From the NCBI GenBank assembly GCA_001949185.1, contig BDGG01000002.1, forward strand, positions 1,795,826 to 1,859,825: a stretch of DNA of 64,000 nucleotides, in the 5' to 3' direction. Shown here in pieces: positions 48,998 through 61,600 of this stretch (position 1 is the first letter of the stretch; each line of letters opens with the position of its first letter). Origin of the DNA: Ramazzottius varieornatus. Its lineage: Eukaryota > Animalia > Tardigrada. The position numbers and the translations under genes are program-made. A model generated the notes under the pieces. That model saw nothing but the letters and a program-made list of their open reading frames with translations, searched no databases and was not told where the DNA came from.

Positions 48998-49757
48998 GTC
49001 CACCAGTTTTGAGTGTAGGTGTTGGTTGAACTGGTCACACTACGACGGTTGGTAGTTTCAGTGTTAGGATCGAAAATGTTGTAAAAGTCTCGTCCGTCAT
49101 ATCCACCAATCCCGCTCAATGTCGGGACCGGTTTCCATATCCGGATCCGGCCGGAGGTGCGTTCTTCGCCAGCGCGATGTAACGGTGCTTTTGTGACCGG
49201 TGGACAGCAGGAACGTGGGTGCCCGGAAAGTAGCATAAAATAAGCCATCGCAGGCCAAGCAACGAGTTGTCGAACTCGGCGTGCAGCGTTGTATCAGTAG
49301 CTTTGTGTATCGTCAGCCACTTCCGCACTGGAGGAAATGTCTTATACTCTAAAAGAAACAGCGAACATTTACTCATTCCGGTCGAACAGTGGATAGAATA
49401 TCCAAAGAATGGAGCGAGAGACAGAGTTGAATATAGGTGTGTATGTCTAGAAAACTCTTAGCGACAGAGGATTCACTTGCGCCTCGTGCTTCATGATGTG
49501 CAGAAAGCATCCCTCGTTACTCGTTACACTCGGCTCGTAGGAGACGTAGGTACCGTTGAAGTGGGGTTGCAAACGTCATCCGAAGCGGAAGTATGGCTCA
49601 CCAGACTGGAACTTCCGCAGGAGCTGCAGTCCTCTCCTACAAGAAACGGAACCAGTCTCGATACTGTATGTCCTGCACTATTCTGCTGTGTATCGACCTC
49701 AACTTACCAAATGCACCGACGCCAAGATGAGGAAGGCACTTTCCGCGATATCCAGAT

Positions 49758-50611
49758 TAGTGATGTTGGCATAAGGGTATCGCGATCTAATATAATCTTA
49801 ATTTAATAAGCCTGGGCTGCCCGAGTTCTAATATAATCTTAATACAATATGCCCCGACCGCAGAACATCTATTATAATGTTAATATATTAAATTGTCTCG
49901 CTGAGTTCTTATTATAATATATTATAATATTTCAGTCATTTTTAAATCCACATGTCAACGGGAAAAGATGACTTTCTTCCTTAACACTTTCACCAGCAAA
50001 ACAGTTTTATCCATGTCCAGCAATAGAAAGGTCATTAATTATCAGTTAGAAGTACTACCAAGGAACCATACAAAAATAACAGCCGTTTTAGCGGCTGTTG
50101 TGTCTTGTGCCTGGTGCACGGGGAAGTCCCTCTTTCAAGCCGTGCTGGCATCCCTGGGATGACAGTCATCCTAAACGCGCTGCAGGATCGCGCTGTAATG
50201 CGTTGTTTACAGCGTGAATGACGGGTATGTAAGTGAGTCCCCGAAATCGCAGTTCTTCAATCAAGTCACCACATTAGAACGTTCGTGAGTGTAACACAGG
50301 CGCAGGTGCTTGATGCGTAAAATTTACTGGCATACAGCACACTGCGCCAGTTTCACGCTTGTTGCGGACGCAAATCAAGCATTACTTTAATCAACTGAAG
50401 CCAAAATCCGTATTTCAATAATCTTAATACGGAGCGCCCTGCGGCTTGATTTTAATATGATAATTCTAGCTCTGGCTTTCATCTAATTTAATACTAATAA
50501 ATATCCCACCTCGGCCGAGGCATCTAATAAATGTTAATCTGACATATTTGATGCAAAAAGCATCTAATTAGTTCTAATTTAATATAATACTCATGTATGC
50601 CAACATTACTA
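49758..50611. mobile_element. Non-autonomous hAT element related to 5046-9187
   Basis: TIR TAGT(G/A)ATGTTGGCATA and perfect 8-bp TSD ATCCAGAT (49750-49757, 50612-50619). About 170-200 bp at each end is similar to the large element. Confidence 0.9.
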
Positions 50612-51134
50612 ATCCAGATTGAAGTAGTCAATGTTTTCAACAAGAATGTATCTGTGAGGCAGTAGCTGTCGCACATGGCCGAAAGGGACCAAAGGAACCA
50701 AGAAGAACAGAGAAGAAACGAGCCATTTACGAGTCTTCTCCCGCCGACCTCGAGGTTGCACTCAGGGCCCATCCACACTATATGTCCTGCACTATGGGCC
50801 CGGAACACCGAGCTGCAGTCGCCGGGATCGCACGCCATGGTGGGATCGTACAGCTCGTTTTCATGGTGGTAGAAACAGTGGTCGACTGTTCGAGTTTCGT
50901 TTGAATTAATGTGCGCTTTCGAAGAACTTTACGAGTAGGCATTAGAAAGCCGATTGCACACTGGACAAATCATAAACCGAGTTCGGTAACGAGTTCGGTA
51001 AACTTACTGGACTGTATTCATCGAAGTCCCTTACAAAGCTACCATGGGTTCCTCTGAGACCTGTACAGCCGGTATGCTGCGCCCCCCTTGGTGATCTGCT
51101 CTTGCAGTCCTTCTTAAAGTCGATGGGGTATCGC

Positions 51135-51248
51135 GTGATCGGCACGGAAATATCTACCGGACGTGGAGATATCCACCGGGTACCGGTTACTCAGCGTAGG
51201 TAACCGGTGGATATCTGCACGTCCGGTGGGTATTTCCGTGCCGATCAC
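51135..51248. repeat. Near-perfect hairpin with 45-bp arms
   Basis: 51135-51179 is the inverted complement of 51204-51248 with few mismatches. Confidence 0.8.
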
Positions 51249-53640
51249 CTCGTACCGCTTTTTGTGATCGGCTGGTTAGTGATCCAACTTCAGTTTATTC
51301 GAGACTTTCTTACCGCTTGTCGGTTCTTAGATTGTTTGTTAATGAATTCCCCATATTTCCCATCATTTTCCGGGACTGCGTAGAATGTTTCAACACAATA
51401 ATGTGGAACATACATGCAAAGAAAATTCGAAGCTATCCGCGCAAAAAAGTCTTTCGGTGTACCATACATCTGCTTCGTCTCTTCAAGGTACCATAATTAT
51501 CAGGGTAGTGATCACAGAGAAACCATCTCCATTGTCTTTTCGACGCTGTATATTCTGCCCATCGTGAAGGATTCTGATTGACCAATACTCCACACCACAA
51601 ACTTCCTTTCCGTATTTCATCCAGACAGTCTTCGGTAACGAAGTTCCGTCGATACGGGAATCAGGGTAGGGAATGAAACAGCCAGTTTCTGAACTGGCAT
51701 CGGTAGGAATACAGTACAGCCATCGGTGACGCAGAATGCTCCTTCCTCTGATTCCGAAATTGTGGGCGACCGCAAATCGCCTTTTTTAGCTTCTTGTACG
51801 GAAGATACCCCTTTTGCAAGACGCTGCCACCAACCTTACGGGAGTTCAACACAGCAGGCCAGAACTCTAGCTCGACCAATCAGGCTGAATTCGTCTGCTC
51901 AGCCATGCCAGAGAGACTGACCTTTCGCACGGCAACGAAGGCAGCTTTTCCCAACACCATCAAAGAACCGACACCTGTGGACCGCCTTACGGTACGCACA
52001 TGTCCAGGTGGCACGCTTTCTGGAACGGCTCAACTTTCAGCCTCTCGATCGTCTGTAGTGTTTATCGCCCTCTACAGGTATGTCGTTGGGAAAAGTTTTC
52101 TGCGTTATTTCAGCGCCAAGAACTTTACTACTACAGAAGCAGGTTGGTGGGTGAATAATCCTGCATCGCCCGCGTTACCAACACCACAGCCTGCAACGGC
52201 TTGGTTTACTATGTGCCTGGAACATACACCTCGGCTGTTCACTTCACCGAAGACTATCGGTTCATCACTCCGGACCCGAAGATCAGGGGTCGTCGCCTGC
52301 TTCCAGGTACGAGGAGCCAAAGTTATTCCTGTTTGATATGTCTGTTGCAGACCTCCACCAGAAGCAGGTTTCGTTGTCTAGCTCTTATCCGCAAAATGTG
52401 CTCCATCGAATCTGATGTGTGGAACGTAGCCTCAGTCCGTCGTGACGCTTTCTCCCTAGCTCTCCGTTAGTTGACTGGGAAGATAGGATTAGAACAAAAA
52501 TGTTCGGACTTCGAACAAACAAACGCAAAGTAAACGCAACAGGTTTCCTTTGTTTCACTGGTTCTGTATGTCAGTGAACAAGCAAACAAACCTGGCCATA
52601 GCAGGTCTTCTTATCTATACGCAAATTTTGCAGTTACAGGCTTCGAACTTCGTGAAATACGTCGTGGTAAGCGTGTGGTGCATGAATCATTAAACCCTTA
52701 AACTTTACGCGTACTGTGACGTCATTTCGCGAAGCATCACATTATACTGTGCCCATCTAAACATGCACCTCACTGTTGAAAGCCCGGGTGCCCAAAAGGC
52801 CCCAGTTTTCACCGCAAGGTGGCCGACGTACAAGCTGTTGTCTTGAGCGACATTGGAAAAGCTTATTGAAATCGAAAAACCATGAAAGCAGCTGGGATAT
52901 TCAGTTACTTGAACGGTTCTATAGCGTTTTTATTTGCTCCGTCAAGTCGTTGCACGTAGTTTCTCGTTATTTCCCGTTCTTCCTTCTACCCCAAGACTAC
53001 CCACAAAGGGTTACCATCTAGTCTAGTTGTTGTGTTTAGCCTGACCCATTATCGCAGTTCAGGTTTCCATAAACAACCAGCAGATCGCTGTAAGGTATCT
53101 CACCGGGGCTAGGACTTCGCATAGGCATTTGCTAATGCGTCAAGAACTCGAGAGACTCTAGCTGCACCCAGACTCGCAACGTCTAGTTAGAATCTTTGCT
53201 CAACGCGTACGGCTTTCGAGTGCTCCGCGAAGAAAAATGATTATTGGCGGTTGCATACGCAGACGGTGCTCGCCGACACCGAACATCAATAGCATGTTCA
53301 TAAATCAGCTAACCCAGGGGTAGTCGTCTCTCATAAAAAAACAGCTATTCATAAACAAGCCGGAAGAACCGGTCGATATGCAGAAAGCCTCAGTATCACG
53401 CTCGGTGAGTCGCACAAAGCAAACTGTGCGACTGCGGAACAAATATCCGCTGTGGAGCCCGGTTAAGAGTAGTCCATACTGCCTGTCAAAGCATACAACG
53501 CTTTGACTGTAACGCTGAATCAGACTTCTCGATCAGCTACTAGTGTGAACCATCTTCTTACACTGGCTCATTCTGTCCGGTTCTTCAGGTACAGGGTGCA
53601 TCTTCCAAGTTCGAACTTAAGTTTTGTGCAGTGGTTCAAG

Positions 53641-54076
53641 ATGTCCTCTCTTTCTGGTGGATCATCAGACGCGGATGTAAGTGTATCACAGCTTTTCCTG
53701 TCGTTTAAAAGTTTTTCGTTATGTGTTTGTCTTGAATTCTCGTATCTCTCCAGCCTAACACCGGGGTACCGTATGACTGGGAAGCTTACAAGAAATACGC
53801 CAGTAAGAACCGACTTTTAAGGCAGACATTACTCTGATTAAGAACTCATCGATCATTGCAGATTTGAACATTACTGCCGATCAGGATGCGCATCACAAGG
53901 CAACATTCTTGAAGACGGTGGAGATGGTGAAAGAGAACCAGCGTCAACAGCGTGAAGGCAAGACGCGTCCTGATTTCATCGGCATGAATCTTAATACACA
54001 CGCGCACCTGACTCCAGAAGAATTCGCGAAAGGCGCATTCGGTTTGATCCAAGCTCAGCCGCTGCGAAATCCATAA
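53641..54076 (+). CDS. Stand-alone cathepsin propeptide-like inhibitor (I29; crammer/CTLA-2-like), 99 aa; exons 53641-53676, 53754-53802, 53862-54076
   Basis: Spliced: MSSLSGGSSDADPNTGVPYDWEAYKKYANLNITADQDAHHKATFLKTVEMVKENQRQQREGKTRPDFIGMNLNTHAHLTPEEFAKGAFG. Shows the WxxYK start, an ERFNIN-like helix and an LN..HLTPEEF GNFD-like motif, with no protease domain. Confidence 0.75.
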
Positions 54077-54428
54077 GAGCAATGGCCAGTACTCCTTTAC
54101 CATGCTGGATTATTCGCACCCGCAGAAACATCTGAAACATGTTTGTTCAGTTCTTCGTACTCGGCCTTAAACCCAAATTTTTTATTTGTACTGTATTTCG
54201 CCTGTTATACCTACTTGATATTTTGAATCTTGTCACGGTGTAGTATTTTTCGATAAATCGACAGACAGAACGAAATCAAGTGATCATGGAATAACATCTG
54301 TCTGTTGTTGACCGGCGTTTGAAAATCTGGAAAGTTCCAGAGGGTAGAAGATAGTGCAAGCTATTGATCCAAACTATTAATATGACATTGATGCAGAAAG
54401 GGTTGGACGTTATGGACAATACGTGGCA

Positions 54429-54758
54429 TTACTGTCGAGGAAAGCAGACACCACCGCTGCAACGGAAGCCTTCCTGGCATTCCCAGCCGTCGGACTCGCA
54501 GGTGTTGTTGGGCTTGCCCGTAACGCACCTCCCCTTTCGGCAGATCGAGGTGGCGCGTGGACAGTCCAGGTTCTTGACTTCACAGCTATTCAAAGGACGG
54601 CAGATTCTTCCACTGTTGCACTTTCCATCCTGGCCATTGGACATCTTGCATTTTCGGAAACGTGAGCCACTGCCGCACTCGGGGTCATCAGAGCGGACCT
54701 CGGTCAGCAATGCTGCAACAATAACACAAGTCAACAAAAGGACTCCGCCACGATACAT
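54429..54758 (-). CDS. Small secreted cysteine-rich peptide, 109 aa, three 4-Cys modules
   Basis: Signal peptide MYRGGVLLLTCVIVAALLTEVRS, then 12 Cys in C-x(6-8)-C-x(5-9)-C-x(4-5)-C repeats; single coding exon. Confidence 0.8.
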   Translation of the reverse strand: MYRGGVLLLTCVIVAALLTEVRSDDPECGSGSRFRKCKMSNGQDGKCNSGRICRPLNSCEVKNLDCPRATSICRKGRCVTGKPNNTCESDGWECQEGFRCSGGVCFPRQ

Positions 54759-56159
54759 TGTATGGTATCTCCTTATTCTTTCTGTAGGCGACTTTCCAGG
54801 ATTTCGCGACGAAGAAAACGCAGAAAGGAACTGGCATGAAATGAATACTGCTGTCGACAATAGTATGCGTTTCATACAGTGTACACGATCGAGTGAGTAG
54901 AGAGCACAAAGTGGCTCGTGTGGGATCATGGCCGAAACGGGTTTTGTATGGTATTTGCCTGGAAGTGTCTGACTGCGGAAGCCGGTATTCTTAATTGATT
55001 TTCGGCTTAATCCTCCATCCATCATCTGTGCTGGCATTTTTCCGGCTTCCTGTCGGTCACTCTGTTCAAACCGTTATTCTTTCAAAGAGGGCTACTCGGA
55101 GCGTTGGATGTCTTTCTACCGAAACTATGCAGTAACAAGTTCGAGCGCTAGAGCCGGAAGCCACGAGCTGGAGAACTTTGGTCCACTCTCACTTAAGGTA
55201 ATAAATTCCATATTTGAAGTCGATTGCGGCATTCGACCGATGCCGGCGAACTAGTCTAAATATGATAGACAACAAAAACCCAGAGAATTCTCGAAGTACT
55301 AGACGGAATACCCTCACTTCAAGTGGAAGGCGCAACAGTACGGTACGGTTCGGGCCAGACCATGGGGCAACTTGCTCGCCAGAGTCAGTGTCTTCTAGCC
55401 ACCAAATACATGCATGGTCTGAAACACCCAGAATTTTCCAGCACGGTAGGAAAGTCGTGATTATGGGCTGTTACTACGAGTTTGTATACCTGTTACTACG
55501 AGTATTCGTGGTCAGGCGTAAGTGGTCGAAACTGAACCGAGGTCTTGAACGTAAGTCTTGTTTAGTCCAGCTGACCGGTGCTCAACGACACTAGCATCGA
55601 TCATCTGTCAGCAGACCTTCAGTTGCACTGTCCGAGCTCAGTTTTTGTGGTATTTCGTTAAGCAAGCGAGAGTAAAGGTGGAACAATATTCTGCTCAAGG
55701 CTCCTCGCTTTTTAAACTCGCTATACTAACTGAAAATTCGTGATGGCCATCAGCCATAAACTTGAGACATTGAACTCGAGGTGGTGGCAAGGAAATGCCT
55801 TTGGATCTTTTCACACCTTTCGATCCGCCTTGCAATTGACGAACACTTGACCATCTATGCTCACATCTGCGATCCTCGTTCAAGCACAGTGAAACTTCTG
55901 CCCTGTCTCCTCGAAAAGTTGCCTGTTGCTAGTAGCAATCAGACCACGTAGGCAATTAGGTTTTCCGGTTACCTCTTCTTCTGCTCTTGAAGCACACTCA
56001 CGCCTGTAACCCTGTCACTCTACGGTGCCGTGGATACCCCGTTGCAAGAAGACTTAAGCCCATACTTTCCATTGTTCCTGATCTGAAAGCTAGTGTACGT
56101 ACGAGGACTTCCAAAGCCAGCAGAAGTCGGTCCGGTTGTAGGGGCAGCATTCCTTCGTG

Positions 56160-58414
56160 ATGTGGCCTCTTATCTGCTTATTGCTGCCAGTGTTAACATC
56201 GGGACAAGCCTTCAAATGGGACATCTTGCCCCGGCTTTCAAAGTACCCTTATTTTTTGTCACTGGGTATTCCCGATCCCGTTCTCGACCAGGCAAATCTA
56301 CCTCCGGGTGACGACAGTATAACTTCCGGTAGAGAGCGGGAGACGCAACTCCTGAGCCAGTTCGCGAAAAAGACTCCTCAAGCATCTAGCGAGATTTTTA
56401 ACCTGTCCAGCAACAAGTCCTGTGTGGCCTTGAAGGCACGCAGGCAAATGGAGGGAACGTGTACTGGAGTATTTGACGTTGTCGTAGCCCGCCGTTGTGC
56501 CGGCTTAAAGCTGATCAAATCTCCTGACTGTCCAGAAAGCGAAGTGTGCTGTTACGATCCTCAGAGCAGTCCCGAGCGAAAAAGCTTCTCGGTGCTGGAT
56601 AGATCAGCCTGCGGTGTTCGGCGAACGCCAGAACTCGTTACTCGAGATCTTAAAATGACCTACAGCGGAGAACTGCAAGTGACCCATCGACTGCAACAGA
56701 GGTTGCTGGAAGAACTAACTGCACCGAATGAAATATGCTGGCAGGTCTTTGCTACTTTTACCATACTTTGTATCTGAAGATTTCGAGCACTTTTTCCCAC
56801 ATTTCAAAAAATAGCAGTTTGGTCTCTTCCACTTCAAAATGTGAAGAAAACCCTTAGTTTAAATCTCGTCTGCGGGTTGAGTCAGTGGCAAACTCGGTAC
56901 ATATTAGAGCTGTCGAGTGACCCCAGTATAACTCGGGCTCGGAGATTTTCACTTTTCTAAATTTTAGGCGGCCATCACGATCGATGGAAACTACGCATGC
57001 AGCGGAGCCATCATCAATTCTCAGCACATTTTGACCGCCGCACACTGGTAAGTCGCATTAAAATCTCCTGACAAACCGTCCCGTGCCAGACTTGTCTGTT
57101 GGGCAATGAAACAGACTTGACAGCTCTGAACCATTGGATCTCCGTCACAAACAACATCAGTATTGTAAGAATAGGAGTATCTTTCTAGAAATTAATTAAT
57201 TGGGGGTCGGCGCTAACACGCAAAAGTTCTTCAGTGACGATTGTTGTTCAGTTTGCAGGAAGTGAATGACGTGCGTCGACTTCGAGTACTGATCGGTACG
57301 TCCGATCTATCCCGACTCGGCAGCTGTTCAGCCAGTCTCTCCGTTTCCAAGATCCTCTTCGACAACTTCTACGACCCGCAAACCTTCGCGCACGACCTAG
57401 CCATCGTGAAGCTAGCTAAGCTCATCGACGACGCCACATGTGCTTGTCGAGTTTGTTTGCCTTCGACTGACACTGATGCGCTGTTAGACGACGGTAATCT
57501 CCGATGTATTGCCACCGGTTATAGAAAAGCCGCAGGTGAGCATTAGCCTCACAATCAACCCAATCCACTGTTCAAGTCGCGCTGACGTCACCGCGAAGCT
57601 CTTTAACTAAGAGCTCGGCAAGAAAACCCGGCAAGATCGTTACCCCGAGTGGCCCACGTTCTCATTAATGTTAGCTGGGGACGTCGCCACTTGAGACAAT
57701 TATCAGTCAAGTTTGACTGCTTTCCTAAGTGGCGCACATTCTCGAAGATACTGGCTGGGAGCATGCGCCACTAAGAGAAACGCTCTTGCTCAGTTGTTTG
57801 CCGAAGTTCAGAAAAGTTTACGTATCACAATGGCCCCTACGGTCCTACCCCATGTCACGTGGTCTTATAGCATTAACCAGCCGCGAGTCGGGTCACGTGA
57901 CATCGAGGACAGCAGCATTTCGACACTGTAAAAATGATGATGATGGGTTCTCTCGCAGCGGGGAGAACAACGATAAGCACGGAAAGGATAGCTCTCTCAC
58001 GAAATAACCATTGCGGTTCCCGTCTGAATTTAGCGCCGGCACTCACCGATTTTCTGGCTCAAGTGGACAACTCTCTGCTTTGTGGAGTCAGTGTGGGCAG
58101 TGAAAATACAACGGACAGGGCTGAAAAAGCCTGCTCAAATCAAGACACGGGTTCGCCGCTGGCTTGTCAACTGGACAGGTCACCGGCTCACACCCTTATC
58201 GGTCTGTCTTCATGGAGGTAAGTACAGAAACCACTTGATAACGAAAGTCCGAAGAAGTTCATATGACTACAGTTATGCACATGCAATGTCTTTCAGGCTT
58301 CCCTGCGAAGAAAATGCTGTCCAAATCGACATGAGTAAGAGTTCGCAAGCACCGACGATCTACGCGAAGGTGGCTTCAGCCCTGCAGTGGATCAGTGAGA
58401 AAAGCCGACTATGA
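56160..58414 (+). CDS. Clip-domain serine protease homolog (non-catalytic, masquerade/CLIPA-like), multi-exon
   Basis: Signal peptide, Cys module ending DCPESEVCC, CG linker, ICWQ, CSGAIIN..TAAHC, HDLAIVKL, and QDTGSPL in place of GDSGGPL. Confidence 0.85.
57611..57810. repeat. Intronic palindromic repeat, two units with both outer arms, in the protease-homolog intron
   Basis: Left arm gagctcggcaagaaaacccggcaagatcgtt; cores 57649-57657/57683-57690 and 57729-57737/57763-57771 with 25-nt spacers; right arm gaaacgctcttgctcagttgtttgccgaagttc. Confidence 0.85.
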
Positions 58415-58667
58415 GTGAGAGTAGAATTTCTATGTCGTGAACTAATCTGAAACTTTCAGCCTCCGCTTTCTGTACGAGAGAAGTTTCGCTACTGCGGCTT
58501 TCATAAGATATTTCGCCTGCCAGGGTGGTGCGGAGCACTGCCCTGACAATAGCTGCTGATCTCACGTTTATCTTTTGAATTACGGACCAAGTTAAATGGA
58601 AGTGGGTAAACGATCAAATTTAAAACGCGAAAGAAAGGTTGGCAGAGCTCCAAGCTTAGGTAACGAG

Positions 58668-61600
58668 TTAATCGTCAACAGCCATGTCAGTGCCAGCATC
58701 GGTGGCACCCTTGTCGAGTTCGTCCAGCAAATGGCGCTTCTTGAGTTTCTTGCGAGTGCCACCGTCTTCGTGAAAGTGCTGGCCCGCTTTCTGCCGCAGT
58801 TCGTCTACGTCTTGCGCTTCGTCTGCGGCCCATTCGAGCACAAGACGCCGCGAGTACAGATGGGTACTGTGGCTCAAGGCCTCAAATGCTTTCTGATGCA
58901 ACGCACAAGAACAGAAAGATTGTTATAATTAATCGAAGGAGATAATTCCCAATAAAAAAAACCGGACTTTACCTTTGCATCACTCTTTGCATTGTATTCC
59001 ACAAAGCAGAACCCGCGATGCGATCCACTCTCTCCCATTTTCGACGGAAGGCGAACCGACTTCAGACTTCCAAAAACGCTGAAACAGATCACCAAACCAT
59101 GTACTGTACGACAAAAAACCAACCCAGTTGTCCTTTTGATCCAGTTTTGTCCCAGTTTTGATTTGTTCTGATTCTTCATTTTTTAAGCAATAATAATTTT
59201 GCTGGCTTTACAAGTTTACCTCACCTGAATATGTCGCGAATTTCCTTTTCGGAAGCTTGGAAGGGTATATTTCTGACCATGATCTTGGCAGACTGCTTGT
59301 TGTCTTTGAGAGCTTTCCTCTTGACATTACTGTCGGTCCTGCAACAAGCGACAGATATCAGGTCAACCTTAGAGCGACTGCAGGCCATAACTCGAGAAGC
59401 ACATACTTGACGACCCTTTCGGAAACTTTCAGTTCCAGGGAGTGTCCATCCAGCGAGCAACGCTGTAAGGTCTTGATGGCTTTCTTGGCGTCGTTCTCGT
59501 TTCTGAACTCAACAAACCCATAACCCATGGACAGCGACACGCCATTCGGTCCCAGCTTTCTGGCAACAGAAGCCGAGTTGACTTTTCCAACCGAAGCGAA
59601 CAACTGCAGAAATATATTCGAATGCTTTTTGATCAACTTTGTTCTCGTTTCCGCAGTCATTATCGATGTCATTTCTTTGCTTGAGTTTCACATTAAAGGT
59701 ACTGTCATCTTACATTTCTGAGGGCTTCGTCGGTTGTGGAGAAGTTCAAGTTCTTGACGAAGAGGGTAGAACCAGTGTTTCCCACCCCTTCGTTTCCTTC
59801 GTTGTCCTCGACAGCTTCCGCTACGCTTTCTTCCGCGGTCTGAGGTCTTGATGGCGTATCCGGAGCGTCCACAGTTATAGCCGACTTATTCTTTGTCCTT
59901 GCTTTAGAAGGCGAGCTCGGTTTTGTTTCCGAAAGAGCGTCAACAGGCGCCCATTCCAGGAACAGCGGGACCGACCCAAACTGCAACACAGCTTACATCA
60001 CACACATGACATGACATGACTCTGCCTTATCAGCGTTTACATGACACGCTATGATATTCGACTACTCTTCCGTCATTGTGGAAAGGCCCCATGTACTTAC
60101 CTTGTAATAAGCTAGCGAACGGAAGGCTTTCTTAGCTTCGTTGATGTTCAACATCTCGACGATCGCAGTCACGCCGGCCGGAGGCAGAAGGAGGCGATTG
60201 ATGGCTCCGAACGGCTCGAAGAGCTTCTGTACTTCACCGGAAGGCGTTCCGGCCGGCAGGTTCTTGACCAGCATCACAGTCCGACTCCGCCGGCCCTTCT
60301 TCTACAAACACAAAAATAACCGTTCTAAAAACTCATTCGACGAATACAAACTGCGCTGGGATAATTCAGTTTCGGCGCTCGCCACACCAACTCTACAAGA
60401 TTCTTTCCCAAGTGGCGCACGCTTCCAGCAAATAACAATAGAAACATGTTTCGCATGGGAAAACGATCTTGTCGAATGTGTTGCCCGAGCTCCCAAATTT
60501 TTTATTCTAATCTAATCTTGCAAAATGTTGCTAATATCTGCCTCAAAAGTGCTTTACTGTATTCCCCCGGCATCTTCGCAAAGCCCGTTACCCCTAGCGC
60601 CACCTACAGGACGTACGTCATCCACACAATCCCCCTGTACGCCGTACGTGTTCTACGTTCCGTAGATGGCGCCATAAGTAACGGGCTTCGCGAAGATATT
60701 GGAGCAATACAGTACTTTTGCAAATGAACTGAACAACGAAATCAAGTCAGAAGTTTACCTCGTTGAAGGCTTCCAGTTTCACGCCATTTTCTTCCAAGAA
60801 CTCTTTCGTCTCTTTAACGATTTGCGTCTCACCAAGGGCAACTTTGACAGCGGCACTTTGTCCACCGGCATTCGTTTCCAGAATTTCATTCTTGGAGACT
60901 TTATAACGCTGCGCCATGATGTCCATGACGGAATTCACGCCCAAGAAAAGACTGTTCCAGCTGTGAACACTGCGAAAGACACGAAGACAACAACCGTCAA
61001 ACTGCTGTCAGCTATTGAGAAAATCGCCGGCTAACTCACGCTTTTGTACTGTCGTCTTTCGTCTGCTTGGACTTCTCCTTCTTGAAGCTGCTCTCCGTCC
61101 CGTTATTTCGTTTCGTGGACTGGGTTTCTTCCGGCTTGGGCTTTGCCGGCATAACATGAATCGTCCTTCCCTGAAAACAGACAGTAGATAGCTTTGAGAA
61201 TACCATCAAAAATTTAACTTTGATGCAGTGAATTGTTTGAAGATTTAGTGCGACCTTTTGCAGAATAGTTTGTCTACAGGAAAATCCAAATGAGATAACT
61301 CACTTACCTGGAAGGCTTTTCCATCCATAGTAAGAGCTTTGACGGCGTGTTCAGGCATCATGAAGGTGACGATGGAGTAGCCTTTGGCTTGGTTTGTGAT
61401 AAAGTCTGTCGGGAGTTTCACTTCACTTATCGGACCTAACGAAGGGGAAAAGAAAATCCAAAAGAATATGATTAATGGGGGAAAAAAGGTATGTAAACTA
61501 AATCCATTCTCTTCGACTCATACCGAATTTCTCGAATAGTTTTTCGATATCTTCAATGGTGCAAAAGAAAGGCAAGTTTCGAACGAAGAGACGACCATGT

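Noticed and set aside
54759-55037. Upstream extension of the Cys-rich peptide ORF to 202 aa
   Set aside because: The signal peptide begins at Met 54758 and the upstream part looks like UTR or intron.
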